A stretch of 64,000 nucleotides of DNA from a bacterium (GTDB lineage: Bacteria; Bacillota_I; Bacilli_A; RFN20; CAG-826), in NCBI GenBank assembly GCA_963616935.1, contig CAVEMS010000004.1, forward strand, positions 69,459-133,458, given 5' to 3'. Below are positions 55,496-64,000 of the stretch, in pieces. The translations under genes and the position numbers were made by a program. Below the pieces are notes generated by a model that was given only the letters and a program-made list of their open reading frames with translations, did not search any database and was not told the origin of the DNA. Each line of letters starts with the position of its first letter. The first letter of the stretch is position 1.

Positions 55496-57219
55496 TATTT
55501 GAGCCCGGTCCAGATGGAATTCTTGTAGTAGTTATAGACCTGCGCGAGGTATTGGCCAGCGGTAAGGCCGGAATTGTTGATGAAGTCATTCTGCGGGTAA
55601 TAAGAGGCGGCCGAGATGGCGTATCTTCTTGTCCTGAGTTGCTGTCCGAGGCCGTTGGTGTACTGTGCCACTTTGGACTGAGGGAGGACAACTTCGGCAT
55701 TATGGTAGAATTCCCAGTAATCCTTACCGAAGTTGCTCATTTTGGACTTATCTTCGTCGGTGAGGTCATAATTGAAGTATTTGACCGCATTGGTGATAGT
55801 CGTGAATTCGCGATAAGCCTCATCGGTGTTCATGTATTGCATGAAGTCGCCGGCAAGTTTCTTTTTCGAATCGCTTAAACCCTTCTTCATGAAAACTAGG
55901 GAAGTGAGGTCGCTCACGACGGTCTGTTTGGTGTTGGAGCCGTTATCCGCCTGCGGAAGAGGCATCCAGCCAAAGTCGAGTTCGCTCTTTTCGTTATCAG
56001 CCAAGGAAGTGATGGTTTCGCTCGTTTCGCTCTCCCACCAATCGCCGTCAAAAAGCATGGCGATGGACTTATTCTTCTGCTCCTGGTGAGCCGCAAGGCG
56101 GCCAAACTGAGAGTTTACGAAGAAGGTCTGCGCATCAAGATGCGTGGTGCTGTCGGTGACGAGGTTACAAAGCCACTTGTCTTTGTTGGTGACGACGGTG
56201 CGAACGAAATCGAGGGCGTGGTATTTGCCGGCGGTGCGCTGGACGTTATAGCCATCGTATGCGCCATCGACTTTTTCAGGGTGGATAGTCACTTTCTCGG
56301 TGACGGGGCTACCGTCTTCGTTATAAACGGCGTCATCTCCTTTATCGTTCATCTTGACGACGGTGATCTCGCCATTCATCGTGAAGCTGTTCTTCGTCTG
56401 AGTAGGTCCATCATAGAATCCGGCGAGAGCATCGAGGAGATAGCCGAAATAGTCTTTGCCATTCCCCTCACCTCTCCAAACAAAGGGGATCTGCTTTCCT
56501 TCATAAATGTAATTGACGAGCTCGAAGAATTCGTCATAGGTGGTCGGGAGGCCATCGTCGTTGGTTCCATAGACTCCGTCTGGGCCCTTGCTCTTCTTAT
56601 CGCTTGCGCTCATGACGAAACGGAGCTCGCTCCCTGGCGTCTCGTTCTCATACCCATCTGCGAAATAGAAATGGTATTTCCTAAACACGGTCTTGTTATA
56701 GACGATTCCAAAATTCACAGAGTAGTTCGGAATCGCGTAATAATGCTTGGCGCCGGCGTCGTCGGCGAGGTTTAGATAATCCTTGCAGTCCACGGTCATC
56801 TTGCTCTCGATGGTCTTGCCAGTCTCATAGGGGTTCGTCCCGGTGACATAGTCGGTAATCTCCTCGAAAGCGTCGTCCTTGATCATATTGAGGTAGTTGA
56901 GGCCTTCGAAGAAATAGAGTTCGTTGATGTTGTTTTTGATTTCAGAGGAGGAAGGAGTCGTCTTCTGATCGGCGATGATGATCTGAACGCCCTTCTTTCC
57001 ATCTTCGAAGCTATCTTCGGCGTGCAACGCTTCGTATCTTTCTTTGGCGCTATAGAGCCATTTGTTGCCATAGCCGCCTTGGTAGCACTTCACGTAGAGC
57101 TGGCTCTTGGAACTATCGACGTTGTTTCCGCCGACAGAGCAGCCGGCCAAAGCCGCCGTAAGGCAACTTGCCGCGCAAAGGGCGAACATTGCAGTCTTTT
57201 GATTCGTTTTGCTTTTCAT
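55495..57219 (-). CDS. extracellular solute-binding lipoprotein of the sugar ABC transporter (family 1, LplA/YtcQ-like large SBP)
   Basis: Lipobox LAGCS. Its 574-aa length and position ahead of two CUT1 permeases are typical of polysaccharide/oligosaccharide SBPs. Confidence 0.7.
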   Translation of the reverse strand: MKSKTNQKTAMFALCAASCLTAALAGCSVGGNNVDSSKSQLYVKCYQGGYGNKWLYSAKERYEALHAEDSFEDGKKGVQIIIADQKTTPSSSEIKNNINELYFFEGLNYLNMIKDDAFEEITDYVTGTNPYETGKTIESKMTVDCKDYLNLADDAGAKHYYAIPNYSVNFGIVYNKTVFRKYHFYFADGYENETPGSELRFVMSASDKKSKGPDGVYGTNDDGLPTTYDEFFELVNYIYEGKQIPFVWRGEGNGKDYFGYLLDALAGFYDGPTQTKNSFTMNGEITVVKMNDKGDDAVYNEDGSPVTEKVTIHPEKVDGAYDGYNVQRTAGKYHALDFVRTVVTNKDKWLCNLVTDSTTHLDAQTFFVNSQFGRLAAHQEQKNKSIAMLFDGDWWESETSETITSLADNEKSELDFGWMPLPQADNGSNTKQTVVSDLTSLVFMKKGLSDSKKKLAGDFMQYMNTDEAYREFTTITNAVKYFNYDLTDEDKSKMSNFGKDYWEFYHNAEVVLPQSKVAQYTNGLGQQLRTRRYAISAASYYPQNDFINNSGLTAGQYLAQVYNYYKNSIWTGLK

Positions 57220-57826
57220 ATAGCCTCCTTTGCCTCATAAGAGACAATGTAATTCATTCCATATTTTATAGCCTAGTTTGGAAGCGTTTTCAAACAAGGC
57301 GGCACCCTAAATAATAGAATTGATAAGTTACGGGCAAATTTTGATAGGTTTAATCCTTTCCGAAAAGCGCGGAAGACAGACTGATTTCCTAAGTCTTATC
57401 GCCGATGTTTTCTAATTTTTTGTTGGTCATTTAAGTCAAACGATCCAAACGTTTTTTCAAATTCCTCTCACCTTAAAAACTCTTATTTTTCACCATTTTA
57501 ATTACAAAATTCATTTTCATGATAGCCCTTACATTTTGTGTATATCTTAATTTTTTATGCCCATAAGGACATCCGCAAAATCCCAAACGTCCATGAAAAT
57601 AAATTTAAGTTTTCCTTCGCTCGTATCGAACGAAAAACGAAAAAACTCATTGAATCATCCCTCAAAGCGTCTTTTTCGCCAAGGCATGAAAAAACCATGA
57701 AAGTAACGGTAACAACGTTAAAAAAATAGCCCAGGGCGGTTGGCCAGCGCCATTCAATCTCATTAAAATAAAGAAAACTAAGACCGGGCTCGCTTTGCCT
57801 GGCCAAAAAAGAAAGGAATTTGTTCC

Positions 57827-59686
57827 ATGAAAGCAAAAAAGAAAATCGGGTTGCTTGTGCTCGCCTTTTCCTCAATCGCCGCTCTCGCTTCATGCGGAGA
57901 GAAGCCTCACGTTCATGAGTTCGTAGATCACGAGGAGGTTTTCCCTAACTGCGTCGATACCGGCACAGAGGCCTACAAAACCTGCACGGGCTGCGACAAA
58001 ATCTTCAATTCGGACGGCGAAGAGATCGATGCGCCAGTCACGATCCCCGTCGATCCTAATGACCACAAAGGAACCAAAGAGATGGTCGTCTCCGGATCTT
58101 TCAAAACGGCCTATGTCGTCGGAGACACCTTTGACATCGATAACGCCGTCTTCACCATTAAGTGCGAACATTGCGACGGTTCCGCATTAAGCAAAGCGAA
58201 AAAAGAGAAGGTCAAGGTCACTTACCCTACCAAAGATGCAACTTCCTTCACGGTCGCCGATCTTTCCAAAGAAACCCTCACGGTCACTTTTGAATACTCT
58301 GGGCTTGAAGCGAGTGCAAACGTCACCCTCTCCAAAAAAACCAACGCCATCGTAGGCTTAGAGCCGCTAAGCAAATATTGCGGATTCAAGCCATTCACCG
58401 AACTAGATGGAGTCACCTCCACCTTCGGCACCATCGTTTATACTTTCTCGGACACCGAAGACGGCGAATATAAGACCGCCGGAGAACTCGGCGCGGATTA
58501 TTCTTTCATGAACGATCCGACCGTCGTCGCCCCCAAGACCTACTATGTTAAAGCCACGGTCGAGGATGGCGAAGATTATCTAGGCGCCAGCGCATCCACC
58601 ACCATCACCATCAATCATAACGAAGGTACCTGGAATACCGAAGACGAAGACAAAGACACCTTTGGGTGCGTTTGCCAGGACCCTGTTATCTTTAGCAAGA
58701 GAACAAGCGGGAATCAAGATATCGTTCTAAGTGGCGAAACCGCCTCGATGAATTTGGACGGAACTAGCTACGATTCCACTAAAGACGAAATCAAGAGTAT
58801 CAAATACGTCGTCGATGAGAACACCACCTACGATTTGGGCAATGATATCGCTAATCTCGACGTTACGGCCTTAAAAGAACATAAGGAGCATCATAACGTC
58901 GCCACGCTCGACATCGTCGTTTCCACTCCCGTTGATGGCATCACTCCGGCCTTCGATCATCACATAAGTGCCGAAGTCACATTTGTGACCGCTCAGATTT
59001 CAACGATGGATGACTTTGTCGAATACGTTTCGCCATACACGTCTAGCGAAACGGGCTATGAGGACGCGAATAAGTTTGGCTATTACAAGCTCGCCGCGAA
59101 CCTTGACGCCAACGGGAAAATTAAGTACTCGTCCGGCGTTGCTGGCCAGGGTTATTTCGCCGGGACGTTCGACGGCTGCGGCCACACGATCAAGTCGCCG
59201 AGCAACGCGAACCACGGATTGTTCTCCAACCTCAGGTTCGCCACCATCAAGAACCTCACCGTTCAAGACACTTGGTTTAACGGCGGAGGCTACATCTGCA
59301 CCTTCGCCCGCCACGTCTACCAAACGACCCTCGACAACGTGACCGTTAAATTGGCCGTCGGCAATAGCGCCGTGAACGCCGAAGGCTATACGCCGCTCTG
59401 CCAGTCGGGCTATGGGTGGATCTCTTGGCACACATTCCAGGCCAACACCCTGAATAACTGCACCTTCGACGCCTCCGGATTCAAGCTCGGATCCCTCTTC
59501 GGCTGGAACGGCAGCATGACGATGCCGACCTGCACGGGCTGCGTCGTGAAGGCGAAGAGCCTCACCCAGGCCATGTACTCCGGCTACCTCGCCGGAAAGG
59601 GCCAAGACGCGACCTTCCAACCGGAGAACGTGACCTTGAAAGAGGGCGAAGTCGCCATCCCCGGCCTTACCTACGTCGAAGCCTGA
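57827..59686 (+). CDS. large surface lipoprotein (619 aa) with an FDGCGH beta-helix-like module
   Basis: Lipobox LASCG; a Cys-rich region follows the signal peptide. The C-terminal motif GYFAGTFDGCGHTIKSP...GLFSNL...IKNLTV is related to those of 39991 and 46668. Confidence 0.6.
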   Translation: MKAKKKIGLLVLAFSSIAALASCGEKPHVHEFVDHEEVFPNCVDTGTEAYKTCTGCDKIFNSDGEEIDAPVTIPVDPNDHKGTKEMVVSGSFKTAYVVGDTFDIDNAVFTIKCEHCDGSALSKAKKEKVKVTYPTKDATSFTVADLSKETLTVTFEYSGLEASANVTLSKKTNAIVGLEPLSKYCGFKPFTELDGVTSTFGTIVYTFSDTEDGEYKTAGELGADYSFMNDPTVVAPKTYYVKATVEDGEDYLGASASTTITINHNEGTWNTEDEDKDTFGCVCQDPVIFSKRTSGNQDIVLSGETASMNLDGTSYDSTKDEIKSIKYVVDENTTYDLGNDIANLDVTALKEHKEHHNVATLDIVVSTPVDGITPAFDHHISAEVTFVTAQISTMDDFVEYVSPYTSSETGYEDANKFGYYKLAANLDANGKIKYSSGVAGQGYFAGTFDGCGHTIKSPSNANHGLFSNLRFATIKNLTVQDTWFNGGGYICTFARHVYQTTLDNVTVKLAVGNSAVNAEGYTPLCQSGYGWISWHTFQANTLNNCTFDASGFKLGSLFGWNGSMTMPTCTGCVVKAKSLTQAMYSGYLAGKGQDATFQPENVTLKEGEVAIPGLTYVEA

Positions 59687-59703
59687 ATCTCAGCCTAAGT
59701 TTT

Positions 59704-59735
59704 GAGCGGCTCTAAAAAGAGGGGCCGCTCTTTTT
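59704..59735 (+). terminator. rho-independent terminator (recurring hairpin element, copy B)
   Basis: GAGCGGCTCT-AAAAAGAGG-GGCCGCTC followed by TTTTTG; it is the reverse complement of the element at 39936. Confidence 0.6.
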
Positions 59736-59800
59736 GTTCGTCTAATCTTCGTTTTTCATCTCTATTTCTGCTTAAACTGCTATCGAATATCCCCATTTTC

Positions 59801-59829
59801 TTAAACGAAACTGGTTTTCGGTTTATAAT
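59801..59829 (+). promoter_or_regulatory. sigma70-like promoter candidate (TTAAAC-17 bp-TATAAT)
   Basis: A perfect -10 hexamer at 59824-59829 with 17-bp spacing to a weak -35, 70 bp upstream of the ADP-ribosylglycohydrolase ATG, which has an AAGGAG RBS. Confidence 0.4.
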
Positions 59830-59900
59830 TTGGCCAAGCATAAGAAATTTTAAGGAACAGCCTCTTTGCCCAAAATCGCACAAATCCAAGGAGAAAAATC

Positions 59901-61424
59901 ATGAAATTAAATCGCCAAGAATACATTGACAAAGTACGCGCTTGCTTCATCGGCAAGAACATTGGCGGCACAATCGGAGGTCCGACCGAAGGCCAAAGAT
60001 CCATTTTAGACGTCAAGGGCTTCGTAACCCCTAAGGGCGAGCCCCTTCCAAACGACGATTTGGATTTGCAACTCATTTGGCTACGCGCCCTCGAAATGCA
60101 AGGGCCCACACATATTGACTCAGAGACCCTTGGAGAATATTGGCTTAACTTCATCCCCCCTTCTTGGTCGGAATATGGCATCTGCAAGCACAACATGGCC
60201 CAAGGGCTCCATCCAGAAATCGCCGGAAGCAGCGATCTCAATATCTGGAGTCACTCCAACGGCGCTTGGATCAGAAGCGAAATCTGGGCTTGCACCAACC
60301 CTTTGATGATTGATCATGCGGTTAGATACGCGCTTCATGACGCCATGGTCGACCATGGTATGGGCGAGGGAACAATCGCGGCCGCCTTCACCGCCGCTTT
60401 AGAAAGCGCGGCTTTTGGCATTAGCGACATCCATGAACTAGTCAAAATCGCCCTCTCCAAAATCCCCTCAGATTCCAGAGTCGCCCAAAGCGTGAATGAG
60501 GTGCTTCGCCTTCATAAGGAAGGCAAAACCTGGCAAGAGGCGAGAAACGCGATCGTCGAACTCAACAAAGACATCGGCGACGGCTGGTTTCAAGCGCCAA
60601 GCAACATCGCATTCGTTTTGATTGGCCTTCTTTATGGGGAAGGCGATTATAAGAAATCACTCCTCACCGCGGTCAATTGCGGCGATGACACCGATTGCAC
60701 CGGGGCGACCGTTGGCGCGCTCCTAGGCATCATTAACGGAACCAAGGGATTACCGGAAGATTGGGTCGCTTACATCGGAAATCGCATCGTCACCTGTTCC
60801 ATCAACGTCGGAACCTCGCCTCGCATCCCCCAAACCATCGATGATCTGGTGAGAAGAGTAGCGCGCATGGCGGAGATCTGCTGCTATTATAACGGCGAAG
60901 CGATGTATAGGACCTCTCTCAAAGGGCTTGACGTCGAGTTCGTTGATACCCCTACCGAGTTAGAAAATAACCTTTCCGAGCTCCTTTCGAAGCCTTGGAG
61001 CCTAGATAATGAGCAAGACGATATCCGCACGCTTCGCCTTACGCTTAAGCCCAATACATTTGCCGCTCATCTTGGGGCTTTGACCGCGATCGTAACTTAT
61101 AAAAACGGACTCAATCTCACCGCAAACGAAAGCAAAACCATCGGTCTTACCATCGTCAATAACATCAAAGCCTATGGCAATGAGCCTCTAACTGCGAAAG
61201 TCAAAATGCATCTGCCCTCTGATTTCGAATCGGAAGAAACCGCGATAAACGTCGCCGTCCCCTGTTGGACCGCGATGACGAAAATGGCCCACACCGAAGA
61301 GATCCCTCTTTCTTTCAAGGTCAATAAGGTAAGCGAGCCGAAGGAGAACGTGGTCCTTGAGATCGAACTCCCAGAGCATGGCACCACTCGCTATGTCAGC
61401 GTGACCTTCCTAAAGAGAAAATAA
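59901..61424 (+). CDS. ADP-ribosylglycohydrolase-family protein with a C-terminal extension of about 150 aa
   Basis: N-terminal ACFIGKNIGGTIGGPTEG and internal acidic/Thr-Cys-rich motifs (CGDDTDCTGATVGALLG) fit the ARH fold (DraG/ARH3-like). Confidence 0.6.
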   Translation: MKLNRQEYIDKVRACFIGKNIGGTIGGPTEGQRSILDVKGFVTPKGEPLPNDDLDLQLIWLRALEMQGPTHIDSETLGEYWLNFIPPSWSEYGICKHNMAQGLHPEIAGSSDLNIWSHSNGAWIRSEIWACTNPLMIDHAVRYALHDAMVDHGMGEGTIAAAFTAALESAAFGISDIHELVKIALSKIPSDSRVAQSVNEVLRLHKEGKTWQEARNAIVELNKDIGDGWFQAPSNIAFVLIGLLYGEGDYKKSLLTAVNCGDDTDCTGATVGALLGIINGTKGLPEDWVAYIGNRIVTCSINVGTSPRIPQTIDDLVRRVARMAEICCYYNGEAMYRTSLKGLDVEFVDTPTELENNLSELLSKPWSLDNEQDDIRTLRLTLKPNTFAAHLGALTAIVTYKNGLNLTANESKTIGLTIVNNIKAYGNEPLTAKVKMHLPSDFESEETAINVAVPCWTAMTKMAHTEEIPLSFKVNKVSEPKENVVLEIELPEHGTTRYVSVTFLKRK

Positions 61425-61498
61425 TCGCTCACCACATACGAAAAAAAGACACTAAGTTAGTAAAGCAAAGAACAAACGGGCTTTCGAATACCTAACGA

Positions 61499-63169
61499 TC
61501 AGAAAATCTCAATCTCAAGCTCGCCTTCCTCACTCGTAAGGGAGTATTCATCGGCCGAAAAGCCCGGGGTCAAGAAGAATATTCTCTCCTTTTCGAGGAG
61601 TTTTCCTTTCTTGATTTCGATTTGTCCACCGATGAGAGGCAAAATAAAGGGAATATTTATGCCGAGGTTTGAAACGTGGAGGACGAATTTATCGCCACTA
61701 GAGGAATAGGTGTATATGAATTCGCTGCCAGGAAGTTTTTCGCCTTCCTTGCTCATTAGACCGGTTTCAAAGGATAAGCTTTTCTCATCGATACGCTTCG
61801 TCTCCGTGAAATAAGCGGAGGAATAAAGCTTTCCTCCTTGTCGAAGCTCAAACCGAGGAAGCAAACAACGATGATGCTTAGTATCCAAAGGAACTTGCAT
61901 ATTCGTGGGCTCCGTAAGCTCGTATTCGCCCACGCTCCCCATAATCAAAGGGCCTTTTTCCCTAGAATAGAGCATGCTGAGAGTGGCTCCGCTGGAATGT
62001 CCGCTATAAGAGATGTTCTCGTCATAACAAGAGATGTCGAAAAGGAATTTTTCATTTCCGATGCGGTAGCTGTCTAACTCTGGGTAATATTTCTCGTAAT
62101 TCCCGTCTGAAGGGATGTTTCCATGACCGCTAAGGTAATAGGATTCATCAAAGCAAGCGACGGCGAAGGCAATTGAGTTAATGTGCTCAAATGTATGGTG
62201 AACGCAGGGATTCTCATGATGGAATGAGTAATCCGGTCCGCCCGTCAATAGGCCATTCGGGGAGCACCTTTCCATAAGCTTCAGATTTCGATGGCTCGCC
62301 TCCAAAAAAGCGGGCTCATCTTTCCCAAGGATCAAAGCCATCGGGATCATCCCATCGCACGTCCTCGAGCCGTAATAAGTCCATTTGTAGTTCCGACAGG
62401 AAAAGGAATTATCGATCGCCCCATCAGGGAGAACGAAATCGAGATGGGCTTTGCAGACGGGAAGAAGTTTCTTCATCATCCCCTCATCTTTGGAGTAATA
62501 GGCAAACTTCACGAGGGCAGGCAAGGATTCCTCCATGTTGTAACCGATGTCAATCGCCCTACAACCCCTCTTGCTCACCTTGTCGTGGGGTTTCCCTTCG
62601 CCCATAAGGAGAGAGGATTCCGTAATATGCGTAAGGGCGTACTCCGCTAAATGGGTCCCCCTCTTTTTATAATTTTCATTTTGGAGGTAGCCGCCAGCTA
62701 GATATAGAGCAAGCGCGTTGTTGATAGGATAGTTGATGTTTGTGAAACTATGCTCATCCAGATTCTCGTAAAGCCATTTGGAATGGAGGGCCAAATGAGT
62801 TTCTAGTTCCTCGACGAAATCTTCGGGCAAAACGTCTTTGGCAAGCATCAGCGTCTCAGCGAGATCGATCACGAAAAAGACGGTCGTGTAACGCCAGGTA
62901 GTCTGCAAATCGTTATAGATTCCACCATCACGACAAATGAGATTCGCGGAGTATTTGAGGAGTTTGCGGGCTCCTTTCAAGTATTTCTCGTCTTTGAAAG
63001 CCTTGTAGGCGACGGAAAGTCCATAGATTGCGTCGATGCAACGGCCATGGATCACTTTGCAAGCGGGGCAAAGGATGCCGCCATCAAAGGAAGGGTCCTC
63101 GCTTTCGAATTGTTTTTCGATCAGGCAATCGGCATATTGTCTCAGTAATTTCTTATATAGGTTTTCCAT
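61499..63169 (-). CDS. hypothetical protein (556 aa), possibly an alpha/alpha-toroid glycan-processing enzyme
   Basis: Long intact ORF with a Cys/His cluster CPACKVIHGRC near the N-terminus and no signal peptide. The family was not recognised. Confidence 0.4.
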   Translation of the reverse strand: MENLYKKLLRQYADCLIEKQFESEDPSFDGGILCPACKVIHGRCIDAIYGLSVAYKAFKDEKYLKGARKLLKYSANLICRDGGIYNDLQTTWRYTTVFFVIDLAETLMLAKDVLPEDFVEELETHLALHSKWLYENLDEHSFTNINYPINNALALYLAGGYLQNENYKKRGTHLAEYALTHITESSLLMGEGKPHDKVSKRGCRAIDIGYNMEESLPALVKFAYYSKDEGMMKKLLPVCKAHLDFVLPDGAIDNSFSCRNYKWTYYGSRTCDGMIPMALILGKDEPAFLEASHRNLKLMERCSPNGLLTGGPDYSFHHENPCVHHTFEHINSIAFAVACFDESYYLSGHGNIPSDGNYEKYYPELDSYRIGNEKFLFDISCYDENISYSGHSSGATLSMLYSREKGPLIMGSVGEYELTEPTNMQVPLDTKHHRCLLPRFELRQGGKLYSSAYFTETKRIDEKSLSFETGLMSKEGEKLPGSEFIYTYSSSGDKFVLHVSNLGINIPFILPLIGGQIEIKKGKLLEKERIFFLTPGFSADEYSLTSEEGELEIEIF

Positions 63170-63599
63170 TCTTTTTGCCTTCCTTACGCGTTTCTTATTT
63201 CCTGTTCGACTTCAATATTATAAAACCCAAAGCAAATCTCATCGACGGCGTTTTAGCTTCCGTCAGAATCTCTCTCCAGTCAGAGTAGTTTCCGATGCTT
63301 GGCAAAAGAAGTCGCATAGAAGTAATTTCCCCACAAAGCTTTCTGATGGGAAAGCCATTTTCGCTTCAAAGGCTTAGTTCAACATCTTTCTTTGTGTGGC
63401 GTTTCTCGAAAACCGTTCCTCTTTTTTCGCCAATATCCTATCTTTAATTAACATTCATTAAGTTCATTCAAACGAATGAATTATAATTTTGGTGGTGAAC
63501 AAAGGATACGAACGGGAAGAGTTTTTCTCGAAATCGAGCCCCCAAAGCCTAACGTCACCGCTATATAACATCACATTCCTAAAAAATAAGAGGCGCATC

Positions 63600-64000
63600 T
63601 ATGAAGAAAGACAAGTTGAACATCGCCGTCGTGGGATTCGGCCACCGTGGCAAGAACCTCACTACCTGCATTCTCATGAAGCAAGAAGACGTTGAAATCG
63701 TCTCTTTGAGCGACGTCTATAAAGAGAGAGCGGAAGAAGTCGCCGACATCATCGAAAAGGAAGGCAAGAAACGCCCCTTTGTGAGCGCGGATTACAAGGA
63801 AGCTTTGAACATCGGAAATATCGACGCGGTGCTTGTTTCCTCCTCATGGGAGTCGCACATCGAGATTGCGATCTACGCATTAAGGAAGCATATCGCCGTG
63901 GCAATGGAAGTCGGCCGCGCCTACTCTTTGGAGCAATTATGGGCTTTAGTGCGCGCCAAAGAAGAAACCGAAACGCCATTCATGCTTATGGAGAACTGCT
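63600..64000 (+). CDS. Gfo/Idh/MocA-family NAD(P)-dependent oxidoreductase (partial, runs off the window end)
   Basis: N-terminal Rossmann motif KLNIAVVGFGHRGKN...VEIVSLSDV. The ORF is open to the end of the window. Confidence 0.7.

Overview
This is a bacterial chromosomal segment of about 47-50% GC that uses the standard genetic code; TGA is a stop codon because ORFs of more than 1000 codons are TGA-free and Trp is encoded by TGG. The lineage looks like Firmicutes or Tenericutes-related (for example Erysipelotrichia), given lipoprotein lipoboxes (L-A/S-x-C-G), a YtcQ/LplABC-type sugar ABC importer and Fic/TetR/LysR regulators; this is a guess, not a demonstration. The window is dominated by cell-surface and carbohydrate-utilisation functions. 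(i) At 1-11 kb are housekeeping and transport genes: a cyclophilin, an ABC-2 exporter pair, a DUF4143-type AAA ATPase with a tandem palindromic operator, a LysR-PdxK pair, and a cation/H+ antiporter followed by an MgtC-family gene. (ii) At 13-25 kb is a co-directional five-gene operon of about 12 kb encoding one secreted Big_2-repeat protein and four large lipoproteins (254-1357 aa); a sixth lipoprotein gene lies convergent at 11.5-12.9 kb. (iii) At 25-30.4 kb is a tRNA-bounded mini-islet holding a frameshifted Fic gene, tRNA-Leu(CAA), a TetR-isochorismatase pair, a second DUF4143 AAA ATPase, a 24-bp x3 tandem repeat, and tRNA-Arg(CCG) plus tRNA-Leu(CAG). (iv) At 30.4-38 kb are an alpha/beta hydrolase, a GH3 beta-glucosidase, a 5'-nucleotidase, tRNA-Ala(GGC) and a second cation/H+ antiporter. 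(v) At 40-57 kb is an 11-gene co-directional cluster of about 17 kb: solute-binding lipoprotein, two CUT1 permeases, three giant lipoproteins, a GH36 alpha-galactosidase, an ABC ATPase, a polytopic membrane protein, an extracellular CX5R tyrosine-phosphatase lipoprotein and a secreted protein. (vi) At 57.8-64 kb are another large lipoprotein, an ADP-ribosylglycohydrolase-family protein, an unknown 556-aa protein and a partial Gfo/Idh/MocA oxidoreductase. Three dispersed secreted proteins share a C-terminal F-x-G-x-FDGNGH-x-I module, pointing to a paralogous surface-protein family. The most novel candidates are the surface-protein operons, this shared-module family, and the short repeat elements (palindromic operators, a 24-bp tandem repeat, a recurring intergenic hairpin and a TTGGTCATTT motif). 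No integrase, transposase, CRISPR array, reverse transcriptase or recognisable defence system was found.
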